Made by a program: the position numbers and the translations under genes | Assembly: GCA_049512935.1 (NCBI GenBank) | Contig: JBEKWR010000012.1 | Coordinates: forward strand, 1-64,000 | DNA: 64,000 nucleotides | Direction: 5' to 3' | DNA from: Candidatus Bathyarchaeia archaeon | Lineage (GTDB): Archaea > Thermoproteota > Bathyarchaeia > Bathyarchaeales > Bathycorpusculaceae | Shown: piece by piece, positions 47,860 to 58,186 of the stretch | Layout of the letters: every line of letters begins with the position of its first letter | Position numbering within the stretch: position 1 is the first letter of the stretch | Notes under the pieces: generated by a model | What the model was told of the DNA's origin: nothing | Database searches by the model: none | The model's input: the letters and a program-made list of their open reading frames with translations, nothing else

Positions 47860-49398
47860 CTATTTCTGCAGTGCGTAAAGTGCCGCGTCCAGGATTAGGC
47901 TGTTCGTGTTAGTGCCAAGTTCATTAACTATGTTTCCAGAAGTGTCTGCGCCGTCAAAGTAACCGTTTGTAGGGGTAGGACAAATGTTCTCGATGAAGAC
48001 AGTCAGACTTCGGGCGAAAGTTGTGTTGTAAAGAGCTAAGTAACTGAAAGCCACTTTGTTGTAAAGAACGGCAGGGTTAGTGTAATCCAGTGTGTATGGG
48101 TAGCTGTTCGTTACTTCCCATGGCACGTCGTGAGGACCAACAACCCAGCCGTACGCCCAACCGTTTGACGGCGTTTGTCCTTCACTTGGAGCAATGAATT
48201 TGCCAGTTTGATCGTAATAAGCTTCATTTGCAGCGTACACTTTTGCCATCAAGTTTGTTAACCCGCTGGGGACGCTGCTAAATTCAAAAACTGACCTGAT
48301 AAGCGGTTCGTTACCAATCAAAGCTTCAGGCAACGAAACACCCGACACTGAAATAGTCGGAGAATTAAGAATGTTATTCAAGATGTCGCCCGGCACGTTA
48401 CCAACCTGTTGAGACCAAAAATCTGCAAAGCCGCTGTCGACGAAATAAGAGTACGTATTGTTTGAGGTACTATCAGCTTGGATGATGGGTAGTAAAGCCG
48501 CAAAGTTCGAAGTCCCGTTAAAAACGATGTTATTAATCTCTGGTGCTAGGCTGGGATCAAAAACTCTGAGGTTGTTTAGTCCAACGAATAATGCTCCTAA
48601 ATCAGCCGTGTCAGCAGCGAAAGTCGCATTGTCCGAATTTTCATGGTAGTCTGTGCCGTTGGTCGCATCGTAGAACCAGAATGGATAACCAGTAGTTTCG
48701 TTAATCGGGCGGTCTGCCAAGAAAGTTAAAATCTTATCAAATCTTGCGTTGGCGTCAGCACTGGTTTCCAAACCTATTTTCTCCGCGTCGATAATTGCTT
48801 GGATGTACGCGCCTAAATCCCAATCTGTGAAGGCTTCAAAGCCTTGTCCGCCAGCGTATGGAAGACCCGTGTTAGGGTCAACACCTATGCCAGGCTGGAA
48901 AAACGCCCAAGCATTGGCTGCCACATCGTGCCAGACGGTGCTGTTGATGATCGGTGAAGTTGCGATTAAGCCTGGAGGCTTGTTCGCATTGCTGCTTGCC
49001 TTAGTTGCGTCACTTGCTACAGTGGTTACTTTAGAAATGCTCGGTGCCTTGTTGTGAGAGCCAGAGCCGGATTTCGGCACGGAGGAAGTTGTTGAGTTGC
49101 CTTGGGTAATGGCGGTGACTTCACTCTTAGTTGGAGCTGGCTTGTATAGAATGACAAAGCTTGAAATCAGCACGACGGCGATAACCACAAGGGCCATCAC
49201 GAATTTCGCCTTTTTGTTAAATTGCCAATTAATTTGTCTCAAGAAAGGTTTTTTGACGTCAAGTTCAAGGTGGGTCCGTAACAAAAATAGCGTAGCTGGT
49301 CGAGTTGAACTGGTTTTCTTAGAATTAATAGACCTATGCATTATCATGACACACACTATACGCTTTAAGTGAGTGGCAAAGCCCCCTTCATCGAGCAT
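47860..49398 (-). CDS. DUF3131-like membrane-anchored protein, (alpha/alpha)6 glycoside hydrolase-like; true start probably later
   Basis: TM plus Ser/Thr linker, then AWAFF..GVDPNTGLP, TDWDLGAYI, P...YD, D.ADLG.L. Confidence 0.7.
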   Translation of the reverse strand: MLDEGGFATHLKRIVCVMIMHRSINSKKTSSTRPATLFLLRTHLELDVKKPFLRQINWQFNKKAKFVMALVVIAVVLISSFVILYKPAPTKSEVTAITQGNSTTSSVPKSGSGSHNKAPSISKVTTVASDATKASSNANKPPGLIATSPIINSTVWHDVAANAWAFFQPGIGVDPNTGLPYAGGQGFEAFTDWDLGAYIQAIIDAEKIGLETSADANARFDKILTFLADRPINETTGYPFWFYDATNGTDYHENSDNATFAADTADLGALFVGLNNLRVFDPSLAPEINNIVFNGTSNFAALLPIIQADSTSNNTYSYFVDSGFADFWSQQVGNVPGDILNNILNSPTISVSGVSLPEALIGNEPLIRSVFEFSSVPSGLTNLMAKVYAANEAYYDQTGKFIAPSEGQTPSNGWAYGWVVGPHDVPWEVTNSYPYTLDYTNPAVLYNKVAFSYLALYNTTFARSLTVFIENICPTPTNGYFDGADTSGNIVNELGTNTNSLILDAALYALQK

Positions 49399-49646
49399 AC
49401 CACGCTATTGTATGAACAATAAATTATTTAGGTTAATGGTGGATTTAAGATTATGCTTCAAATATTCTTCGGTAACTGAATGATTTCAAACTTACTTGAT
49501 GCGTTTTTATGCATAATATGCAGCATTCACAGGCGGCGCTTGCAGTCATGAAGCCCCTTTTTTGAATGGTTTTCTTCAAAACTAGTTTCCGCAAGCAGAA
49601 TAAGTAGGAACAGCTTGGTTTACGCCGCTGTTTGAGTTCAGGTTTG

Positions 49647-50885
49647 CTAAGCGGTTTGGGCGTGGGGCACCTTGTCGTATGCTTGCCTTTCTGCTTCAGC
49701 CACTTTTTCCCAGACATGTTGAGAAGCGAAACTCAACGCTTGTTTAGAAAGCTCAGATCTAAGGTCTTCGTCGCCGATGATTTTTAATGCTTCAGAAGCC
49801 ATTAGCTTGCAGTTTCCAACGGGAACCGTCTTAACCAAGCCAGCTGGGAAATTCAAGGTTATCGCAGGTATCTCGTAGGCTACGACTGGCGTGCCACAGG
49901 CTAATGTTTCTAGGACAACAAGCGGGAACGCGTCGTGGCTGCTTGGGTACACCAAGACTTTGGCTGCCTTCACAAGCGAGTATAATTCTGCCTCTTTAAG
50001 GAATCCTTTGTAGTCCAAGAATCCGCCAACCCCCCTCTGCGTGACCAAACTTTCATACCGATTCTGAAACGCCGCTGAGCCGAAGCGCCCGGCAACTGAA
50101 AACTTCAAATCCGGCTTCTTTTTTGCCATTTCCATGACTATTTCAGGCAAGTCGTATATTCCCTTTTCAGGCGCAAGCCTGGAAAAGAAAAAAGCATCTG
50201 GCTTTTCCTTGGAGGGCTTTATTTTCCGCATTTTCTCGTTGTCAACACCTACGCCTGGGTGCAGAACAAGCATCCTGCTTTTCCAGCCTCCAAGGTAATG
50301 CTTGGTGTCAAGTTCAATTGATGCGCTGACAGCTAAGGGAACAGTGGATTTCAACGCTCGTGCGGCAAGCGCGTAAAACCGTGAATACAAGGCAAACATG
50401 TAAAGCCTGCGTTGAAACCCTACTGGTCGCCACTTGGTTGAGGCGTAGGGTGGAAAAAGAGGAAGCTGAAAAACGCACGTCCACGGCAAAGAAAGCTTCT
50501 TCGCGGCGAAGTAGGCTTCCAGAAGAAAATCGGTTTTTTCGTGTTCCGAAACTATGAGTTCCACTCGTTCTTTTTTGGCTATGTCAGCTATCACGTTGGC
50601 GGTTTCAAAAATCGAAAAGTAGTCAAGCGCCGCTCGGCTGGCACTTCTGAAGTACCGCTCGTACATGACGTTAGGTCGTTTGACACTGTAAATCTTGTGT
50701 TTAAGAAGTTTGGCGCTGCCGTCGCGCTTCATCGTCTTCCAAATAAAATCGTCCACAACGATTATCGGCTCAACGCCATATTTGCCAATTCTCTTAAGAA
50801 CCTCAAAGCTTCTTCTGTCTCCGCCCGTCCCCGTTCTCAGAGGGTTAGCTAGGTACAAGACTTTCATCAAGCCCCAACTCCTCAA
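49647..50885 (-). CDS. Glycosyltransferase family 4
   Basis: GTGGDRR, FSRL.PEKG, PS.HDAFPLVVLETLACGTPVV. Confidence 0.9.
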   Translation of the reverse strand: MRSWGLMKVLYLANPLRTGTGGDRRSFEVLKRIGKYGVEPIIVVDDFIWKTMKRDGSAKLLKHKIYSVKRPNVMYERYFRSASRAALDYFSIFETANVIADIAKKERVELIVSEHEKTDFLLEAYFAAKKLSLPWTCVFQLPLFPPYASTKWRPVGFQRRLYMFALYSRFYALAARALKSTVPLAVSASIELDTKHYLGGWKSRMLVLHPGVGVDNEKMRKIKPSKEKPDAFFFSRLAPEKGIYDLPEIVMEMAKKKPDLKFSVAGRFGSAAFQNRYESLVTQRGVGGFLDYKGFLKEAELYSLVKAAKVLVYPSSHDAFPLVVLETLACGTPVVAYEIPAITLNFPAGLVKTVPVGNCKLMASEALKIIGDEDLRSELSKQALSFASQHVWEKVAEAERQAYDKVPHAQTA

Positions 50886-50962
50886 CCTTTTGAGCGCTGC
50901 AGCGAGGTTTTGAGCGTTTCCGCCATGCGCCGAATAAGCATAGTCACTTAGTCGCGTTCTGA

Positions 50963-52114
50963 CTAGATATTATTTTCTGTCTGCTGCATCAGCCATTGCA
51001 CGTGCGCCCATATTTTCTCGCGGAAAACTTTAGGTTGCAAGATGGAAATCTTTTCCCACAATTCGCTTCTCTGCTTCTCCCATGCAGCGGCGTCAGCGTC
51101 TGAAGGGTCCGCCCAACGCGCTATTTTTTCTTTGAGTTCGTCATACGTTTGCCACCTGAACTCTTCGGGAATAAACTCGCCTGTTCCGCCGCTCTTATGA
51201 ACCAACGTTACGCATCCGCTTGCTAAGCCTTCGATCGGCGAAATTCCGAAGTGCTCGCCCTCCATTAAATGGCAGTAAACGCGGGATTCGCGGTACAGTT
51301 TCACCAGTTCCGGGCTTGGCACGTTCGGCTTAACAGCGTAGTTAGCTGGAAGATCTTTTGAGAACGAGTCAAACCATTCCTGCTCGGTTTCTCTTAAGCC
51401 GCCGACGCTTAGGAAGTTGAACTGGGGAAGGTCCACTGCCAACTGCTTCATCAACTCGTGCCTTTTCTGGGGAATGAAGCGTCCAACGTAGATTACTCTT
51501 TTAAGCCTGTCTTTCAGCGGCGTGGCGCTCCAGAACGGCTCCGTGTCAACGGGCGGGTAAGCAACGATGGGTTCGGGTATGCCGTCTCTGCCCCAGTATT
51601 TTTCAACCATTCCCTTAGTGTACTCGCTGTTGCAGAATACCATGTCGAGTTTGCTGATGTCTTTGTCAAGCCACCTCTTGTAAAGCCACAGGTAGGCTTT
51701 TCTGCGCATTCCAGAGTTCGCGTAGGAGTGATGTATCTCGGGAAAATGAACGTATGCGAGGTTCTTCTTTTTTTCATCAAACAGCGCCGACTCAAAAGCC
51801 GTCATGGTCTGGGTTGAGAACGCGCAGTCGTAATCTAAACCTTTGATTTTTTTGGTCAGCCCGATGATTCTGCTGCGCCTCTTGTAGACCGTGAACGGGG
51901 GCTTAACATCTATTCTTTTCCCTAAACTGTGAACGACGATTTCAGCTGGCAATTTTTCACCCACGATCTGAGCATAGCGTTCGGGGTCAAAATCAAACGT
52001 CAGCAACTCCACGTGCTCGCCGTGCTCGATTAAGGATTTGATGATGTGGTGGCAGACTCTTTCGCCGCCGCCGTAAATGTCCAAGTTCGGATGAATTACC
52101 AGGAATCTTGCCAG
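50963..52114 (-). CDS. GT4 glycosyltransferase, Alg11-like
   Basis: IHPNL..YGGGERV, YVHFP, NSEYT, YPPVD, EHFGIS.IE..ASG....H.SGG; CTG start at 52114 restores the first strand. Confidence 0.85.
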   Translation of the reverse strand: MARFLVIHPNLDIYGGGERVCHHIIKSLIEHGEHVELLTFDFDPERYAQIVGEKLPAEIVVHSLGKRIDVKPPFTVYKRRSRIIGLTKKIKGLDYDCAFSTQTMTAFESALFDEKKKNLAYVHFPEIHHSYANSGMRRKAYLWLYKRWLDKDISKLDMVFCNSEYTKGMVEKYWGRDGIPEPIVAYPPVDTEPFWSATPLKDRLKRVIYVGRFIPQKRHELMKQLAVDLPQFNFLSVGGLRETEQEWFDSFSKDLPANYAVKPNVPSPELVKLYRESRVYCHLMEGEHFGISPIEGLASGCVTLVHKSGGTGEFIPEEFRWQTYDELKEKIARWADPSDADAAAWEKQRSELWEKISILQPKVFREKIWAHVQWLMQQTENNI

Positions 52115-52206
52115 ATGCCTCGCCCTCTCTTCAGTACAAATCGGCTTTTTATCTAATCAAGATTTCTCTCTTCCCCGCCATTGCTTGCCGCCTCGGTTTT
52201 ACCTTG

Positions 52207-53730
52207 CTAATCCGCCGCGTTAGACTCTCCCGCCGACCCATATTTTAAACGAGTTCTTCTTCTGCTGACCCAGTTCATAACTGGAATAAGCGGCTTCTTC
52301 AGCGATTGGGGCAAGGCGTCTTTAAACTCCCTCTGCAAGCCTAAGCGAATGGCGACCTTGCCTCTCCACGTCAAGGGAACGTAGTAGCGTGTTATCGGAT
52401 AGCTGACGAACCCGTTGCTTTCTTTAAACCTGTCAAGCGAGGGATGATTTCCTATTCGCCCGTACATGAGCCACCGTTGCCCTTTGGAGGCGCAGACTTC
52501 AACCGCCTTGGCGAGAAGCGCGTTGTTTAAGGCTTTATCCCAGTGCTTCTGCATCGACAGTATCTGCGAAACAACGGCTATGTTGTCGCCGTACAGCATT
52601 TGAATGAAGCCGACAAGCTCCCCGTCAAGGTACGCGCCGATGAACGTGGAGTTTTTCGCACCCGCGTACATGTTGCCAGCGACGGTTTCCAGTGGTTCGC
52701 CGTAGTGTGAGAAGGCTCTCTCCTGCCTTATCGGGGTTTCATTGTAGATCTTCGATATGCCCTGAGCAAACTGGTCGTTTGGCTCAGCAACAGTTACTTT
52801 TACGCCGTTTTTCTCAGCGCGCCTTACCATGTTGCGGGTCTTCTTTCCAACGCCGCTCCACCAACTCTGATAGTCTTTTACTTCAAGCAAGGCAACGTTG
52901 TCTTCGCTTTTTACCCAGTTGCTCGAAGGGTTAGGGATCGGGCAGCACCATTTCCTCTCCAGGAAAGTGAAGACGTCAATGTCTCTCTCGGATAAATTCT
53001 CAAGGAACGCTTCCGTTGGAACCACATCTCTTTCGTACTCTCTTACGTCGTGCGCCGTTCTTGCGAAAGCGTTCTTCCTTACCCGTAAAGTTTCAAGTTC
53101 CTTATCCGTCTCCAAAATGTCCTTCAGCACGTCATAGAAGGGTCCTCTGCCGCTTCTCTTCCCCTCCTTGAACAGCCATTCAGGATGCATGGACAAAACA
53201 AAGTTTTGGTTAATCCACGCTTCGGCTTCTTTTTTGCCGCCTTCAAAACCTTTCTGAAAACGTATGGTGTCCAGACTGAACGTGGTGAAATCATGGAAAG
53301 ATTTCAGCGGGAAATCCTTAGGCACGATTGCTTGCTTTTGCCCAAGTTTTCGACCCCAAAGAAGCTGAGCGAACAGCCGCTTGGTCCCGTGGATGGTGTA
53401 GTACTTGATTGTTCTGTTGGTTTCGTTCTCCAGAATTTTCCATTCCCTGTACGGGTCCGTAGCAACGTGCAAAGCCACCTCATGCCTCTCAGGGTTAAGC
53501 AAGTCGAGCAGCTTCTTGTCTGGAATCGTGTACGGAGTGAAAAACCAGTAAGCCATGACGTGCCTTGGCGATTGATTAATCATCTTGGCAATAACCCGCG
53601 CGTTTTGCAAGTAGCCTCGGCTTTTTCTCTTTTTGATGCCTAACGCTATGTAAAGAAAACTCTTAGCCCTTGACGGGTAGGGGTAATCAACATCCAACCT
53701 TAGCCTAATCAACGCCTGTTCATTTGCCAA
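52207..53730 (-). CDS. Fusion of a polysaccharide deacetylase-like (CE4/NodB) domain and a GNAT/FemAB-like domain
   Basis: N-part LRLDVD, VALH, TIHG, MHPEW; C-part KKTRNMVRRAEK.GV, GAYLDGELVG, NNALL..AV, LDRFKESNGF. Confidence 0.7.
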   Translation of the reverse strand: MANEQALIRLRLDVDYPYPSRAKSFLYIALGIKKRKSRGYLQNARVIAKMINQSPRHVMAYWFFTPYTIPDKKLLDLLNPERHEVALHVATDPYREWKILENETNRTIKYYTIHGTKRLFAQLLWGRKLGQKQAIVPKDFPLKSFHDFTTFSLDTIRFQKGFEGGKKEAEAWINQNFVLSMHPEWLFKEGKRSGRGPFYDVLKDILETDKELETLRVRKNAFARTAHDVREYERDVVPTEAFLENLSERDIDVFTFLERKWCCPIPNPSSNWVKSEDNVALLEVKDYQSWWSGVGKKTRNMVRRAEKNGVKVTVAEPNDQFAQGISKIYNETPIRQERAFSHYGEPLETVAGNMYAGAKNSTFIGAYLDGELVGFIQMLYGDNIAVVSQILSMQKHWDKALNNALLAKAVEVCASKGQRWLMYGRIGNHPSLDRFKESNGFVSYPITRYYVPLTWRGKVAIRLGLQREFKDALPQSLKKPLIPVMNWVSRRRTRLKYGSAGESNAAD

Positions 53731-53865
53731 CGACGCTAAATCTCCAGTCCAGTAATCTTATCTCAACAGTTCATTATTAGGCTTTTAGAAAAGTTTTCGC
53801 TCCTAGTCATTCTTTTCCAAGGCGAATCGAACAGCCAAGTCTTCTGGGCTATTTAACTGAGCAAG

Positions 53866-54690
53866 CTAGCTCCGCGAGTACCATCCTTTTGCGAGGCCGA
53901 TGTAGTTTTCCAGTTGTCGTTTGCCAGCGGTGAAGTCTCCTGTCGCCATAATTATCCACAGCGACTTGGGAACCGCCAACGCGACCCTAAGCAGGATTTG
54001 GCGGTTGGTGTATGATTTGACTTTCCTTGCGAGTTTGCCGTTTTCCACGAACTCTTTCCAGGTCATGCCTTCGTGGAAGTAGTGCAGGCAGCAGGGTTCA
54101 CGGGTTTTTAGCCACTCGTAACCTTTGGCGACGACATGTTGCCCGATGAAGTGGTCTTCCCATTGATGCAAATCAGCGGGGATTTTGATGTCTTTAACCG
54201 CTTCCGTCCGCAGCAACGTGTCATGAGTCAGGTAGCGTTTCAGGTTTCTCTGCTGCATAATATAGTCAATCGTGTCTTTGCGGTACAGCATCGCCATCGC
54301 CTTGTTTTGGTTATAGACATGCCTGTCACCTGGGATCGTTACGCCCCACAAGCCTCCGACCTTCGGGTTAAGTTGCTTCTGAGCCTCATTAAACCAGTCT
54401 TTGCATAAAACCACGTCAGAGTCAACGTGCAGGTGCCAAGTTGTTGCGGCGGCTTCGATGCCTTTCTGACGGGCAGTCGCCCTGTTCCCGCCTGAATCGT
54501 CAATCACCTCAACGTTCGCGTAGTTCCGCACAAGCTCCAAGGTTCCGTCAGTGCTGCCGCCATCGATCACCAACAGGCGCCCAACTGGAACATTAGCGTA
54601 AACAGAATCCAAACAGTCCTTTAGGCAAGGCTTCATGCTGTTCTTCGTTAGAAAGACAACATCAACTTTTTCCGTCAACAATGGCACCAT
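53866..54690 (-). CDS. Glycosyltransferase family 2 (paralog A)
   Basis: IDGGSTDGT, HVDSD, WEDH. Confidence 0.9.
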   Translation of the reverse strand: MVPLLTEKVDVVFLTKNSMKPCLKDCLDSVYANVPVGRLLVIDGGSTDGTLELVRNYANVEVIDDSGGNRATARQKGIEAAATTWHLHVDSDVVLCKDWFNEAQKQLNPKVGGLWGVTIPGDRHVYNQNKAMAMLYRKDTIDYIMQQRNLKRYLTHDTLLRTEAVKDIKIPADLHQWEDHFIGQHVVAKGYEWLKTREPCCLHYFHEGMTWKEFVENGKLARKVKSYTNRQILLRVALAVPKSLWIIMATGDFTAGKRQLENYIGLAKGWYSRS

Positions 54691-54788
54691 CGAGGCTATG
54701 GACTTGATTCACTAAGCTCTTTGAGACTTAATTTAGTTTTCTGGAAATACGCGTTTGAACTTCGGGAAAAACACCGTGCATTTTTTGG

Positions 54789-55616
54789 TCAAGATTCCAG
54801 CCAGCCTATTAAGATGAGCACGTTGCTGATGAAGTTCGTTTTGGAAGCCTGAAAATCCCTGGTCACCACGAAAATCCAAACTGATTTAGGAATGGACGTC
54901 AGAGCCCGCCTGAACACCCGGCTCAACCGGTCGTAATGGTAGACTTTCAGCAGGTGGCCCGTGGTAAAGTAGCCGCTTGTCCGCTGCACGGGAGTGATGT
55001 TGTGGAGGCAGTAGGGTTCTTTGACTTTGAGGAAGTCGTATCCTTTTCGTTTGATGTGTTTGCCGATGTAGTCGTCTTCCCATGTGTGTAGGTCGCGTGG
55101 AATCTTGATGTCCCGCACCGTGCTGGTTTTGATCAGTGTGTCATGCATCATGTAGCGTTCACTCCGCATCTGCCGAACCATCAGTTCCTTGACGGTTGTA
55201 TGGTAAAGCTTGGCCATGGCGTAGGCAGCGTTGTAGTAGTGTTTCTCGTTGGGCACTGCAACGCCCCAGACCGCGCCCACGTTATCGGCAACCTTAGCCC
55301 ATGCCTTCTTGAACCAGTCATCGCAGAGAACAACGTCTGAGTCAACGTGGATGTGCCAGTCGGTTTCAACGGCGTCGATGCCTTTCTGTCGTGCGCTTGC
55401 CCTTGTGCCATGTGGGTCACCGATGATTTTGACGTTGGGGTATGTCCGAAGCAGCTCCAAGGTTCCATCGGTGCTTCCTCCATCCACGACAAGAAGCCTG
55501 TTTACAGGTACATTACGGTAAATCGACTCAACGCACTCGGACAAACAGGGTTTAAGGCTGTTCTTAGTTAACAGCACAACATCTAACTTCATCGGGTTCA
55601 CGCGAGCATTGCCCAA
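54789..55616 (-). CDS. Glycosyltransferase family 2 (paralog B)
   Basis: VDGGSTDGT, HVDSD, WEDD; closely similar to its neighbour. Confidence 0.9.
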   Translation of the reverse strand: MGNARVNPMKLDVVLLTKNSLKPCLSECVESIYRNVPVNRLLVVDGGSTDGTLELLRTYPNVKIIGDPHGTRASARQKGIDAVETDWHIHVDSDVVLCDDWFKKAWAKVADNVGAVWGVAVPNEKHYYNAAYAMAKLYHTTVKELMVRQMRSERYMMHDTLIKTSTVRDIKIPRDLHTWEDDYIGKHIKRKGYDFLKVKEPYCLHNITPVQRTSGYFTTGHLLKVYHYDRLSRVFRRALTSIPKSVWIFVVTRDFQASKTNFISNVLILIGWLES

Positions 55617-55694
55617 CTACTGTAACTCTTTTCGTATTAATGTTATCTTTCCAAAGAACAATTCTGCCAGAGAAAAGCCACGCTGAAAAACGCC

Positions 55695-56579
55695 CTACCC
55701 GCACTGCTGCGGCTCAGTAAACTCGTTCTTTTCCCCCGCAAGCTCCTTTTCCAACGCCACAGCCCTCGCCGCAACCTTCTCAACCTCCGCCTGAACAGCC
55801 TTGTCTTTGACCTCCTCCTTACGCTTCTCATTGGACTCCAGAATCAAACGCAAAAACTCCGAGTCATAAGCATCCAAAAGCAGTTCAGTGTTCGGAATTA
55901 GGCAGTGCCCGCCGATTACGCCTGGAAACATGACGGGTCTATCCAGCCGCACGCGGTGCGTATCCTCAAGGAAATCAACCGTTTCGTTAAAGTCGGCGCC
56001 GAAAGCCCTGGAGATCCTGTGCATCTCTTGGAAACAGGCGATCATCCACGCGCGGTAAGTCGTTTCAAAAAGCTTAGCCAGCTCCGTTTCAGTGCAGCCT
56101 TTGAGCACCTTCACTTTCAAGCCGAGCTTTTCAAAGTGTGCCTGGGCAGCCTCCGCGGCAGCGGCATCTGCGCCGCCAACGTACTTGCGCCAACGCTTCA
56201 TCTCCCAGACCATGTGCTCGGCGTTTTTGTGCACGCCACGCGACGGCGAATGCGCCACAAGACACGTGCATCTCGCCGCCACCTTCAACGTGGTTCCAGG
56301 AGGAACCGTGCTGTTGACGATGACGAGTCTGGGCTTAAACTCTTCAACGTACCCGACAACGACGTCCACGAATTTTTCCTGAGAATCGCAGGGCAGGCAA
56401 ACGTGCATAGTGTCCACCTGGCTTGGAATCAGGCTTCGGCTTTGACCAAGCTCGCGCATTTTTGTCTCATCCAAATCCAACCCGTAAACGCCAAAACTCC
56501 TTTTCCGCGCGTTCAGCAACGCAAAAAGGGTGTGCCCGATCTCGCCTAAACCGACAACAAGAACCGTTTCTTTGGTCAA
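55695..56579 (-). CDS. Short UDP-glucose/GDP-mannose dehydrogenase-family protein (no C-terminal UDP-binding domain)
   Basis: GLGEIG, STVPPGTT, HSP.RG, ELAKLFETTY, IGGHC. Confidence 0.85.
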   Translation of the reverse strand: MTKETVLVVGLGEIGHTLFALLNARKRSFGVYGLDLDETKMRELGQSRSLIPSQVDTMHVCLPCDSQEKFVDVVVGYVEEFKPRLVIVNSTVPPGTTLKVAARCTCLVAHSPSRGVHKNAEHMVWEMKRWRKYVGGADAAAAEAAQAHFEKLGLKVKVLKGCTETELAKLFETTYRAWMIACFQEMHRISRAFGADFNETVDFLEDTHRVRLDRPVMFPGVIGGHCLIPNTELLLDAYDSEFLRLILESNEKRKEEVKDKAVQAEVEKVAARAVALEKELAGEKNEFTEPQQCG

Positions 56580-56652
56580 ACGCTTGCATCCACCATTGGA
56601 AACTCAATGGTAAGCTTAAACTATTTAAATCTGGAGCATTAAAGGAGAGCGT

Positions 56653-57168
56653 ATGCTGAATGCAAAGAGAGGCGTAGGCATAGTTACAGGCGCCAACGTG
56701 GAGATAGGCGCAAACGTTGCAATCTGGAATTACGTTGTCATCGGCGAGGGCACGAAAATCGGCGACGGCACCGTAATAGGCAGCTTCTGCGACATAGGCA
56801 AAAACGTGGCTATAGGCAAAAACTGCAACATACAGGCGCACGTAACCATCTCAAACGGATGCGTGCTGGGCGACGGCGTTTTCATCGCCCCTAACAGTTC
56901 ACTTCTAAACGACAAGTACCCGAAAAGCAGCTTCATGACGCCGCCAATCATCAAAGAAGGCGCGGTAATCGGCGGAGGAGTCACCGTGCTTCCCGACGTG
57001 ACGGTCGGCGAAAAAGCTGTCATCGGCGGCGGAAGCGTCGTAACCAAAAATGTGCCACCTAGAACCATCTCTTTCGGTGTTCCAGCCAAGGCCAGAAAAA
57101 TGAGTCTAGAGGAGTACGAAGCGAAAAGGAACAGTTTCGTTGAAGCGAGGCTTAAGGTGAAGAAATGA
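56653..57168 (+). CDS. Hexapeptide-repeat (LbH) sugar N-acetyltransferase, WbpD-like
   Basis: IG hexapeptide repeats, NDKYP, GSVVTKNVP, GVPAK. Confidence 0.88.
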   Translation: MLNAKRGVGIVTGANVEIGANVAIWNYVVIGEGTKIGDGTVIGSFCDIGKNVAIGKNCNIQAHVTISNGCVLGDGVFIAPNSSLLNDKYPKSSFMTPPIIKEGAVIGGGVTVLPDVTVGEKAVIGGGSVVTKNVPPRTISFGVPAKARKMSLEEYEAKRNSFVEARLKVKK

Positions 57169-58142
57169 AGGTTTGGTACGACGCCTGCACGGGCAAACAC
57201 GTCAGGTACGGGTCAGCCATCGGACAACGCTTAAGGAAAGCGGGGCATGAGTACGTTTTCACAACGCGCGAACATCCAGACACGCTGCCGCTTGCTCAGA
57301 TTCTCGGGGAAAAACCCATTGTCGTCGGCAAGTACAACCCCTCAACGCTGTCGTCAAGGCTGATAGAAAGCGCTGAACGAGTCATCGGGTTCGCCGAGCT
57401 CTTCAAGGACAACCCGCCAGACGTCGCCATAGCGCACCAGTCGGTTGAGCTTTGCCGAACCGCCTTCGGCTTAGGAATCCCAATCATCTTAACCGCCGAC
57501 ACCCCGTACGCCTCAGCCGTCAACCGTCTTACCTTACCCTTCGCGCACACGGTTGTGGTTTCTGAGGCGCTGCCGAAAAGCTTTGTGACCCAGTACTGTG
57601 CAAAAAATCGGGTTCCCTTCAAAGGGGTCGACGAGGTAGCCTGGATTAAAGGTTTCAAGCCGAAAAAAATTGACGCAGAGAAGCCTCTGATAGTTTTAAG
57701 GCAGCTAGAAAACAAAGCCGCCTACGCAGGCGGCAGGCAGGACCTCGCCAATGTCATGGCGGAAAAGCTCGCTAAGCTGGGCAACGTGCATTTCATCCAA
57801 AGATACAACAGCCACGGCGAAACCTTCGGCGGCAAGGAAGAATTCGTGGATTCGGCGAGCCTGGTGGCGAACGCTGATTTGGTCGTTAGCTACGGCGGAA
57901 CCATCGCGAGGGAAGCTGCGCTTCAAGGGGTGCCGAGCATAGCCGTTTCGGACATGGCTAAAACAAACGTTAACCGTTACTTAACCAAGAAGGGGTTTCC
58001 GCTGTTCGCGACCACGGAGCGAGAAGTGCCAGTGTACGCGGAAAAATATCTTGGCAAGAAATTCAACGTAAAAAGCAAACTTGCTGAGCTGGAAAACCCC
58101 GTAGACGTCATCGAAAAAGTTGTCAAAGACTTAAGAAACTAA
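57165..58142 (+). CDS. DUF354 family GT-B fold protein
   Basis: W.D....KHV, V.EVAW, GGTIAREAALQGVP. Confidence 0.85.
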   Translation: MKVWYDACTGKHVRYGSAIGQRLRKAGHEYVFTTREHPDTLPLAQILGEKPIVVGKYNPSTLSSRLIESAERVIGFAELFKDNPPDVAIAHQSVELCRTAFGLGIPIILTADTPYASAVNRLTLPFAHTVVVSEALPKSFVTQYCAKNRVPFKGVDEVAWIKGFKPKKIDAEKPLIVLRQLENKAAYAGGRQDLANVMAEKLAKLGNVHFIQRYNSHGETFGGKEEFVDSASLVANADLVVSYGGTIAREAALQGVPSIAVSDMAKTNVNRYLTKKGFPLFATTEREVPVYAEKYLGKKFNVKSKLAELENPVDVIEKVVKDLRN

Positions 58143-58186
58143 TTTGCGATTTCTCGAATCCCAGAAAAATTCTGCAAGAGAACAGC

